Origin: an uncultured Acidobacteriota bacterium
GTDB taxonomy: Bacteria; Acidobacteriota; Thermoanaerobaculia; Multivoradales; JAHEKO01
Reading direction: 5' to 3'
Assembly (NCBI GenBank): GCA_963713825.1
Contig: CAVQNG010000005.1
Location: 32,001-96,000, forward strand
Length of the DNA stretch: 64,000 bases
Position numbers and translations under genes: made by a program. A model generated the notes under the pieces. It did not search any database. It was not told the DNA's origin and saw only the letters and a list, made by a program, of their open reading frames with translations. Positions within the stretch are counted from its first letter, which is position 1. Each line of letters starts with the position of its first letter. Of the stretch, positions 22,743 through 30,708 are shown in pieces.

Positions 22743-25478
22743 TCATCGATTCGGGAGCTCCGCTGGCCAATTGACGACGAGATTCACCACGGTCTCGGAG
22801 TTTCGCTGCTTGTTGGACCAGACGAGGAGCCTTTCGCCATCAGGGGCCAGGGCGAAGCTGGTTCCATCGGGTCTGGGAGGCTGAATCTGAAACAGCGGCT
22901 GAAGCTTGCCCGGTTGCAGGGATTCGGAACCGAAGGCGATCTCCGCCGCCACCAGCTGACCGTTCTGCTGCGTGAAGACGATCTCGCGGCCATCCGACCG
23001 CCACTGGGGGAAGAGCCCACCCTCTTGTGACACCTGCCAGCGGCGCCCTGCCTCCGGAAAAGGGGCCACGTAGATCTCATAGCGTCCCGACTCATTGGAG
23101 GAATACGCCACCCATCGGCCGTCGGGCGAGAAGGAGCCACAGCGTTCGTCGGCTTCCGTTTGCCGGAACGGTTTCGACTCGCCTCCTGCGCCTAGGTCCA
23201 ACACCATGAGGTCCCTGCTAGTGCCGGGCAGGGTCTGGTGGACCAACAGGGACCGCTCGTCTGGCGACACGCTGCACAGGATCATGTCTTCTTCTCGATC
23301 GACCAGGAGCTCTGTGTCACCGACTCCACCGACAGCCTTGCGATTGATTACGAAACGGTTGTTGTGCAACGCGCTGAAGATTACGCTGTCGCCATTCTCC
23401 GACCAGTCCAGGCCGAAGTTCGACATCGTTTCGAACGTGAAACGGCTGCGAAGACCGGTCTCGACATCGGTTAGCCAGAGATTACTGAGGCCCCCAGGGT
23501 CGAAGATGTCGGAGATCGCCTGCCTGCCATCCGGAGACAGTGCGATGGGCCCGAAGTTGGCCGGCTCGCCGACCGTATTCAGAACGTTGCCGGTGCGGTC
23601 TCTCCATTCGAGGGGCACCTCCGGATTGAGCACCCCAGTGTTGTAGGCGAGTAACCCGGAGTCGGAAGTGGAGAAGATCCCTAGTGCGGCGCCCGAAACG
23701 GTCAGGATCCCTTCCACCAGAGGAGTCGCCTCTCCCGTCAGCTCGAGTCGATCGGGGTCGAACCGCTGCGCCATCAGGGTACTGCCGCGGCTGAAGAGCA
23801 GCCAGCCCGCCGAATACTGTGCATTCGTGGGAGTTCTCAGGACCTCTCGACTGACGGGATCTTCGAGGGAGCCCAGCATCAGAGCGCTCTCCTCTTCCGT
23901 AGGACCGCGTGCCAGGTAGAGGAAGTGGCGTCCATCAGGGAGGAAGCGTGGGTGGCGGTGGGAGTTGTGAATCCCAGCCTCGATCTCTGTAACCACCACC
24001 GGCTCGCCACCCGCTGCTGCGACCTTGTGGATCGGCGAGTCAGCCCGGGGTGCGAAGAGGATCTCCCCGTCGCGATTCCACGTACCTCCCTTGCCATTCT
24101 CTGCGGCGCACACCGTAACGGGAGGTCCGCCCACGGTGTCGATCTTCTTCAGGGTCTGATCGACGTCGGTGAAGAAGCCGAGCCATCTCGAGTCTGGCGA
24201 CCAGAATGGATAGGCGGCACTCTCTGTTTCCGGCAGAGCCTCCGCAGCCCCGGTATCGAGAGCCTGGACGTAGAGGCGCACCGTGCCGCTTTCGTCCTGA
24301 ACCGAGAATGCGAGCTTCGTACCATCCGGTGACACCGCGACAGGGCCCGGGTTCCAGGCAGACAAATAGAAGACGCCCTCTTCCGGCGGGAGGATTGCGG
24401 CTCTCAGAACCGGAGTAGGGGAGGCCGGTTCGGAGCGAGACTGCACCCAGACCGCCAACAGTGCGACGGCTGTCAAGCCGAGGAGTGCCCAGGGCAGATT
24501 TTGCTTCCAGCCGGAAACCGGGGCTGGTGCGATTGTGGTCTTGGTGGTTTCGAAGCTGGTGGGATCTTCCAGGTAGTCCTGAATCAGGATCCTGGCGTCG
24601 CCGATGGCCTGCAGTCGTTGCGTCGGCTCTTTGCGAAGGCAGTGCTGCAGAAGGTCCAGGACCTGGGCTGGCGTGTTGGCCGGCAAAAGGTCCCAGTTGG
24701 GCTCCTCTTTGAGCACCGCCGCAAGGACGTGGGAGGCTGTCTTGCCGGCGAACTGCTGGCGTCCGGTCAACATCTCGGCCATGACAACTCCGAACGCCCA
24801 GATGTCTGCCCGCCGATCCGCTGGTTCGCCCGCAGCCTGTTCGGGGCTCATGTACGCTGCAGTGCCGAGCAGCACACCTGCCTGGGTCATCTGAGCGGTG
24901 AGCGTTGGTGACATCGACAGCGGGGACTGGCTCAGATCTCGATCCGTGCCTGTTCCCGGCTCGGGGTCCAGTGCCTTGGCCAGGCCGAAGTCCAGCACCT
25001 TGACCTGGCCACTCGGAGTCACCTTGATATTGGCCGGCTTGAGATCGCGGTGAATGACGCCGATCTCGTGAGCCGCTTCCAGCGCCTGGGAGATTTGCAG
25101 CCCGATCGGCATCGCTTCATCGAGCGGGACCGACCCTCGGTCGATACGCTCCTTGAGGTCTTCGCCCTCGACGAGCTCCATGACGAGAAAGTGGACGGAG
25201 GGGCGTAGGGGCGTAGGGGCTTGGGGGCTTGCCCCCTCCCGTTGCGCTGATTCAAACGAGTAGATGGCGGCGATGTTCGGGTGGTTAAGAGAGGCGAGGA
25301 CCTTGGCCTCACGCTCGAAACGCGCCAGGCGTTCTGGGTCTGCAGCTACGGCCTCGGGTAGCACCTTGATGGCCACTTCACGCCCCAGCTTCGTGTCCTC
25401 GGCGCGGTAGACCTCACCCATGCCGCCTTCGCCCAGCTTGGCGGTGACACGGAAGTGAGAGAGGGTAGTGCCGATCAT
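22743..25478 (-). CDS. K6: Ser/Thr kinase + TM + PD40 beta-propeller; 19-aa REP-derived loop
   Basis: Catalytic motifs; TM 'LPWALLGLTAVALLAVWV'; SPDG repeats. Confidence 0.95.
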   Translation of the reverse strand: MIGTTLSHFRVTAKLGEGGMGEVYRAEDTKLGREVAIKVLPEAVAADPERLARFEREAKVLASLNHPNIAAIYSFESAQREGASPQAPTPLRPSVHFLVMELVEGEDLKERIDRGSVPLDEAMPIGLQISQALEAAHEIGVIHRDLKPANIKVTPSGQVKVLDFGLAKALDPEPGTGTDRDLSQSPLSMSPTLTAQMTQAGVLLGTAAYMSPEQAAGEPADRRADIWAFGVVMAEMLTGRQQFAGKTASHVLAAVLKEEPNWDLLPANTPAQVLDLLQHCLRKEPTQRLQAIGDARILIQDYLEDPTSFETTKTTIAPAPVSGWKQNLPWALLGLTAVALLAVWVQSRSEPASPTPVLRAAILPPEEGVFYLSAWNPGPVAVSPDGTKLAFSVQDESGTVRLYVQALDTGAAEALPETESAAYPFWSPDSRWLGFFTDVDQTLKKIDTVGGPPVTVCAAENGKGGTWNRDGEILFAPRADSPIHKVAAAGGEPVVVTEIEAGIHNSHRHPRFLPDGRHFLYLARGPTEEESALMLGSLEDPVSREVLRTPTNAQYSAGWLLFSRGSTLMAQRFDPDRLELTGEATPLVEGILTVSGAALGIFSTSDSGLLAYNTGVLNPEVPLEWRDRTGNVLNTVGEPANFGPIALSPDGRQAISDIFDPGGLSNLWLTDVETGLRSRFTFETMSNFGLDWSENGDSVIFSALHNNRFVINRKAVGGVGDTELLVDREEDMILCSVSPDERSLLVHQTLPGTSRDLMVLDLGAGGESKPFRQTEADERCGSFSPDGRWVAYSSNESGRYEIYVAPFPEAGRRWQVSQEGGLFPQWRSDGREIVFTQQNGQLVAAEIAFGSESLQPGKLQPLFQIQPPRPDGTSFALAPDGERLLVWSNKQRNSETVVNLVVNWPAELPNR

Positions 25479-25540
25479 CGGTCGTTGCGGCCGGCACGGG
25501 GTCCGGCCGCTTCCTGTTGCTTGTGGGTGGCGCCGATCAT
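25475..25540 (-). other. 21-codon bridge mini-ORF MIGATHKQQEAAGPRAGRNDR linking the K7 stop to the K6 start
   Basis: ATGA overlaps at both ends; contains the hairpin GCGGCCGG-N8-CCGGCCGC. Confidence 0.7.
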
Positions 25541-28245
25541 CTGGAGGCGAGCTTCTCCGTCCAATTTAAGACCAGAGATGCTCTCGTCGAACCCAAGTTG
25601 TCTTCCGGTTGCAGGACCAGGAACCTGCTTCCATCTGCAGAGACGTCAAAGGTGAAGTCGCCTGTCAGGAAGGGGCGATACGAGAACAGCGTTGTCTCTT
25701 GCCCGCCTCGGAAACCGTCCTCGGAAGTTTCGACGGGTGCCGCTTTCATCTCTCCTGAAGGGGAGAGGTAGAAGATCTCTTTGCCGTCGCCACGCCACTG
25801 TGCGTAGTCACCGCCCGCGCTCGAGACCTGCCATTTCCCTTCGAGGTCGGGAAACGAGGTCACGAAGACCTCGCGGATTCCCGACTCGTCGGAGGTATAG
25901 GCGAGCCAGCGGTTGTCGGGTGAGAAGGCGCAAGGCCACTCATTGAAGTCGCCGCCACGCAGTTCGACCGGCTCGGTCGAGTTTCCCCTCATCCTCAGCC
26001 CCAAGAGCTGTTCTCCTTCGACCTCCGAGCGTCCGTAGCACAGCCACTCGCCGTCAGAGGACCAATCATAGACCCACAGATCCCTGGTGTCGGAGGCGAT
26101 CAGCTCTTCCGTAGCGGTGCCGCTGACCGCCTTCTTGTAGATATCAAAGGAACCAGTTCGATTGTCACTATAGGCGATGGTACGACCATCCGGAGACCAG
26201 GCTGCGTTGCCAGTGTCCAGGCCGTCATCTGTGCTGGAGCTGAAGGTGAAGCGCGTTTTGACTCCTCGGTCCAGATCGAGAAGCCAGAGGTCTGCGCCTC
26301 CGCTCTTGGTATCTGCGATGGATATGGAAGCCGTACCTCCATCCGGTGACAGTCGAATCGACTGATAGGTCGCGGGCTCGCCTACGACCTCGACCGTTTT
26401 TCCCTCCCGATCCATCCAAACGATCGAGGCCGCCATGTTGATCAAGCCTCCAGGGTGAAAGGCCAGGACGCCGTTCGACGAGGCCGAGAAGGTCCCCATG
26501 GTGAAGGCGGAGTCGAAGAGTACGTTCTCTAACAACGGGATGGGATCGCCAGTGGTTTCCAAGCGGTCGGTATCGAAAGGCTGCGCGATGAGAGTCGACT
26601 CACGCATGTAGAGCAGGTGACCGGAGGCATAGGCAGCATTGGAAGCCATGTCGAGAACCCGCTTTCGCTCGCCGGTATCGATATCGACAGCAAAAACGCC
26701 CGGGTCGATTCCGGCTCCTCCAGATGTCGAGCGGGCGAGAAAGAGAACATTCCGGCCATCGGGAAGAAAATGGGGATATCGGTGGGTCTGCTCACTGCGC
26801 TCGGCGTCGAGTTGTGTGACCTGCTTGGGCTCGCCGCCGCCCTCGGGAATGCCCATCAACGGGCCTGTGAGATTGGGGGCGTAGACGATCGTGCCGCCCG
26901 ATCCCCAGGTGCCGCCGCGAGTATCGTTGACTTCGGTCAGAGCGATGGGCGGTCCACCCAGAACCGAGATCCGTTTCAAACGGGAACCCGCGAAGAAGCC
27001 GAGGTGTTGGGAGTCTGGTGACCAGAAGGGTCTGATGGCACCCTCCGTACCTGGAAGAGGGCTACCCATCGATTGATCGAGAGATCGGTGCCACAGCTGC
27101 TGGTTGCCTGCCTCGTCGATAGCCGAAAACGCCAGACGGGTGCCGTCGGGAGATACGACTACAGGTCCGGCGGTGAAGCCCGCTGGAACAAGAAGCACTC
27201 CCTCCGGCATCACGACGCTGGCGTTGACAAGAGGCATCGGTGTAGGAGATCTCTTGAAATAGGCGAGTCCGAAACCTGTGGCAGCCAAGCCAGCCAGGGC
27301 GAATGCAATCCAGGGAACCGCTCGCTTCCAGGTAGGCGGTCCGGGATCGGCGGGAGATCCGGTCGCCGGAGCAAAGGCATCCTCGCCGTTGGTCAGGAAC
27401 GTGCGGATCGCGATTCGAGCCTCGCCGATATCGCGCAGTCGCTCTTGTGGGTCGCGAGTCAGGCAGCGGCGCAGCAGCCGGGTGACCGACACCGGTGTCG
27501 TTTCCGGCAGCAGCGCCAGGTCGGGCTCGGTCTTGAGGACCTCGGCCAGGGTGTCGGAGACGGTATCGCCGGCAAAAAGTTGTTTCCTTGTGAGCATCTC
27601 CCACAAGACCACACCGAAAGCCCAGATGTCGGCCCTCTTGTCGGCCTCCTGGCCACGTGCCTGCTCGGGCGACATGTAGGCTGCCGTTCCCATCAGGACA
27701 CCAACCTGGGTCATCTGTGCGGTGAGCGTGGGAGATAGGGATAGGCCCTGGGGTCCTGGGGTCTTGAGGTCTTGGGGGTCCAGTGCCTTGGCAAGGCCGA
27801 AGTCGAGGACCTTGACGGTGCCGTTTGGCGTGACCTTGACGTTGGCGGGCTTGAGATCCCGATGGACAACCCCTTGCTCATGGGCCTCCTCGAGGGCGCT
27901 CGCCACTTGCGCCGCCATCTCCAGGGCGTTCTCGGGTGAAACGCCCTGTTCGATGAGCTCCTGCAGGGTCTCGCCGTCAATGAGCTCGAGTACAAGGAAC
28001 CGTTTGTCGTCGGCTTCTTCGAGACCGTAGATGGCTCCGATGTTCGGGTGGTTGAGCGAGGCGAGAACTTTGGCCTCACGCTCAAAGCGGGCCAGACGCT
28101 CCGGATCGCTGGCAACGGCCTCGGGTAGCACCTTGATCGCCACCTCGCGACCGAGCTTTGTGTCCTCGGCTCGGTACACCTCACCCATGCCGCCTTCGCC
28201 GAGCTTGGCGGTGATTTTGAAGTGAGAAAGAGTGGTGCCGATCAC
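25537..28245 (-). CDS. K7: Ser/Thr kinase + TM + PD40 beta-propeller
   Basis: GTG start (VIGTTLSHF) at 28245; catalytic motifs; TM 'VPWIAFALAGLAATGFGLAYF'. Confidence 0.95.
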   Translation of the reverse strand: MIGTTLSHFKITAKLGEGGMGEVYRAEDTKLGREVAIKVLPEAVASDPERLARFEREAKVLASLNHPNIGAIYGLEEADDKRFLVLELIDGETLQELIEQGVSPENALEMAAQVASALEEAHEQGVVHRDLKPANVKVTPNGTVKVLDFGLAKALDPQDLKTPGPQGLSLSPTLTAQMTQVGVLMGTAAYMSPEQARGQEADKRADIWAFGVVLWEMLTRKQLFAGDTVSDTLAEVLKTEPDLALLPETTPVSVTRLLRRCLTRDPQERLRDIGEARIAIRTFLTNGEDAFAPATGSPADPGPPTWKRAVPWIAFALAGLAATGFGLAYFKRSPTPMPLVNASVVMPEGVLLVPAGFTAGPVVVSPDGTRLAFSAIDEAGNQQLWHRSLDQSMGSPLPGTEGAIRPFWSPDSQHLGFFAGSRLKRISVLGGPPIALTEVNDTRGGTWGSGGTIVYAPNLTGPLMGIPEGGGEPKQVTQLDAERSEQTHRYPHFLPDGRNVLFLARSTSGGAGIDPGVFAVDIDTGERKRVLDMASNAAYASGHLLYMRESTLIAQPFDTDRLETTGDPIPLLENVLFDSAFTMGTFSASSNGVLAFHPGGLINMAASIVWMDREGKTVEVVGEPATYQSIRLSPDGGTASISIADTKSGGADLWLLDLDRGVKTRFTFSSSTDDGLDTGNAAWSPDGRTIAYSDNRTGSFDIYKKAVSGTATEELIASDTRDLWVYDWSSDGEWLCYGRSEVEGEQLLGLRMRGNSTEPVELRGGDFNEWPCAFSPDNRWLAYTSDESGIREVFVTSFPDLEGKWQVSSAGGDYAQWRGDGKEIFYLSPSGEMKAAPVETSEDGFRGGQETTLFSYRPFLTGDFTFDVSADGSRFLVLQPEDNLGSTRASLVLNWTEKLASR

Positions 28246-28258
28246 GAAGATCCCTCGG

Positions 28259-30646
28259 CTATCCTCTGGCCGCCATGCGATCCACCAGTTCCTGAAATCG
28301 GGGATCGTCACGGATGTTGTCGAGATCGCTGTCCTGGCGTAACCACTCGACGTCGGTCTTGCCGGCCGCGACCGATTTCTCCATGGCGTCGATGGCCAGG
28401 TCGACCTCCCCGGCCAGCGAGTAGAAGCAGGCCACGTTGTAAAGCAGCAATCCGTCGTCGGCTGCACTGTCGAGCACCATCTCGACCGCAGCAAACGCTT
28501 TGTCGCGCTGACCTAGGGCCAGCAACCCGGTCGCAGCAGTGAGGCGAACATTCAGATCGTCGGGGTAGAGCTCCAGATGACGAGTCGCCCACTCGAACAT
28601 TCGTCCATAGGCTCTCAGTGCGTCCTCTTCACGGCCCAGACTCGTGTAGACCTGAGGCAAGATGTTGATCGCACTCCGAGTCTCGGGGTCCAACTCGATC
28701 GACTTCTCCCACAGCTCTGCCGCCCTCTCCAGATCACCTTGCCTGTAGAGGAGAGACCCGTAGGCGACGTAATTTGCGGAGCTAGTCGGATCGAGCCGGA
28801 TGGCCTGCTGCAGCTCGGCCTCTGCGCCGGTAAGTTCGTCAGCTCTTTGAAGGTAGAGTGCCCGAGCGCGGTGGGCCTCGGCAAGGTCGGGGGCCAGGGC
28901 CAAGGCCTCGGCACTGGCCTGGCCGGCTGCCTCGAGATTGGCCGGGTCGGCTCCGGCGAAGTGGTAGAGGCTCTCGTGGGCCTTGGTCAGGCCCACCCAG
29001 GCCAACGCATATCCGGGATCGACCTCCGCAGCCCGCTCGTACATCTGAAGGGCGAACTCCCTCGCCTCGGGGGTACCCTGTCTCCGATACTGCTCGCCAC
29101 GCAGATAGAAGTCGTAGGCTTGGGTGTTGTCGGTGCCGCCAAGCTCGACGACGGTTTGGGCGTCGGGTGCCAACTCCAGCCGGAGCGCATCCGCGATACT
29201 GCCAGCGATCTCGTCTTGAACCGCGAAGACATCCTCCAGCTCGCGGTCATAGGTCTCCGACCACAGCTTGAAACCGTCGCTGACCTGGACCAGCTGGGTC
29301 GAGATACGCAACCGATTGCCGGCCTTGCGAACGCTACCTTCGAGGACGGTTTCCACCCCGAGTCGGTCGCCCACCCTTTGAATATCGAGATCCTTGCCCT
29401 TGAGCGCAAAGATCGCCGTGCGCGATGGCACCTTGAGTCCCTCGATCGTACCCAGAGCCTGGAGGAGCTCCTCGGTCATGCCGTCAGTGAAATACTCCTG
29501 GTCCTTTTCTGGGCTGAGATCCGCGAAGGGCAGAACTGCCACCGAGGGGGCGGCGGAAACAGGCGTCCGGGGGGACTCCGTCTCGACAGTCTGTTCCTTT
29601 CTGCCACGTCCGATCCACCAAGTCGCTGCCGCGACCAGGAACAGGGCTGCCCCGATCAGGGCCCACTTGCCGAGCTGTCCTCTCGCAGGTACTGGCATCG
29701 CCGCGGAGGAAACCGCGGAGCTCGGTGCCGAGCTGGCAGCTGGCATGGATTGATCCGTTAGCTGGGAGGTGCTGGTCGCAACCACCGAATCGGACTGAAC
29801 TTCGTCGCGCAGGCCATCCAGCTCGTTGCGGATGTCCTTCGCCGATTGGTAGCGCCGTTCGGGATCCTTCTCGAGGCAGCGTTGGATGATGCGACCCAAA
29901 TGACGCGGCAGATCGGCTCGCACCTCGGTTACTACCGCGGGAGTCTCACGAAGGATTCTCGACGCCAGATCGATACCGCTCTCGCCCTGGAAGGGGCGCT
30001 GGCCGGTGGTCATCTCATAGAGCACAACACCGAGCGAGAAGATGTCGGTCCGGTCATCGACCACCTTGCCCTGAAGCTGCTCTGGAGACATGTAGGGAGC
30101 AGTGCCCATGACCGTACCTTCCTTGGTCAGGGTCGCGGCTTCGGTGGCAGCTTCCTCGGTCGGGGCCTGGGCCTCGGTCGCCAGCTTGGCCAGCCCGAAG
30201 TCCAACATCTTGACCCGGCCATCGGAGGTGACCATGACATTTGCGGGCTTCAGGTCCCGATGGACGATGCCCTTCTCGTGCGCTGCGGCGAGTGCATCGG
30301 CCATCGGGATGGCGATGTCGAAAACCTTCGCCAGCGGCATACCCTGGGGCGGCACGAGTTGGTCGAGGCTCTCGCCCTCGACGAGCTCCATGATCAGAAA
30401 GCGTTGCCCGCTGTCCTCTTCGATGCTGTAGATGGCGACGATGCTCGGATGATTGAGCGCGGCCACTGCCTTGGCCTCGCGGCGAAAGCGCTCCAGGCGC
30501 TCAGGGTGGTCGGCCATCGCCGCCGGCAGCACCTTGAGAGCGACCTTGCGGTCGAGCTCGGTGTCCTCGGCCAGATACACCTCACCCATTCCACCTGCGC
30601 CGAGCTTGGCGGTGACTCGGAAGTGAGAGAGGGTAGTGCCGATCAT
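28259..30646 (-). CDS. K8: Ser/Thr kinase + TM + TolB-N-like + TPR
   Basis: Catalytic motifs; TM 'WALIGAALFLVAAATWWIG'; 'SVAVLPFADLS'; TPRs. Confidence 0.95.
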   Translation of the reverse strand: MIGTTLSHFRVTAKLGAGGMGEVYLAEDTELDRKVALKVLPAAMADHPERLERFRREAKAVAALNHPSIVAIYSIEEDSGQRFLIMELVEGESLDQLVPPQGMPLAKVFDIAIPMADALAAAHEKGIVHRDLKPANVMVTSDGRVKMLDFGLAKLATEAQAPTEEAATEAATLTKEGTVMGTAPYMSPEQLQGKVVDDRTDIFSLGVVLYEMTTGQRPFQGESGIDLASRILRETPAVVTEVRADLPRHLGRIIQRCLEKDPERRYQSAKDIRNELDGLRDEVQSDSVVATSTSQLTDQSMPAASSAPSSAVSSAAMPVPARGQLGKWALIGAALFLVAAATWWIGRGRKEQTVETESPRTPVSAAPSVAVLPFADLSPEKDQEYFTDGMTEELLQALGTIEGLKVPSRTAIFALKGKDLDIQRVGDRLGVETVLEGSVRKAGNRLRISTQLVQVSDGFKLWSETYDRELEDVFAVQDEIAGSIADALRLELAPDAQTVVELGGTDNTQAYDFYLRGEQYRRQGTPEAREFALQMYERAAEVDPGYALAWVGLTKAHESLYHFAGADPANLEAAGQASAEALALAPDLAEAHRARALYLQRADELTGAEAELQQAIRLDPTSSANYVAYGSLLYRQGDLERAAELWEKSIELDPETRSAINILPQVYTSLGREEDALRAYGRMFEWATRHLELYPDDLNVRLTAATGLLALGQRDKAFAAVEMVLDSAADDGLLLYNVACFYSLAGEVDLAIDAMEKSVAAGKTDVEWLRQDSDLDNIRDDPRFQELVDRMAARG

Positions 30647-30708
30647 CGGTCGTTGCGGCCGGCACGGGGTCCGGCCGCTTCAGGCTCCTTATGGGTAGTG
30701 CCGATCAT
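30643..30708 (-). other. 21-codon bridge mini-ORF MIGTTHKEPEAAGPRAGRNDR linking the K9 stop to the K8 start
   Basis: ATGA overlaps at both ends; 16-bp direct repeat ATGATCGGCACTACCC at 30693-30708 and 30631-30646. Confidence 0.72.

Noticed and set aside
14664-29761. Long antisense ORFs (e.g. 14664-15719, 18018-19301, 21480-22538, 28577-29761)
   Set aside because: Shadow ORFs of GC-rich genes with no recognisable motifs.
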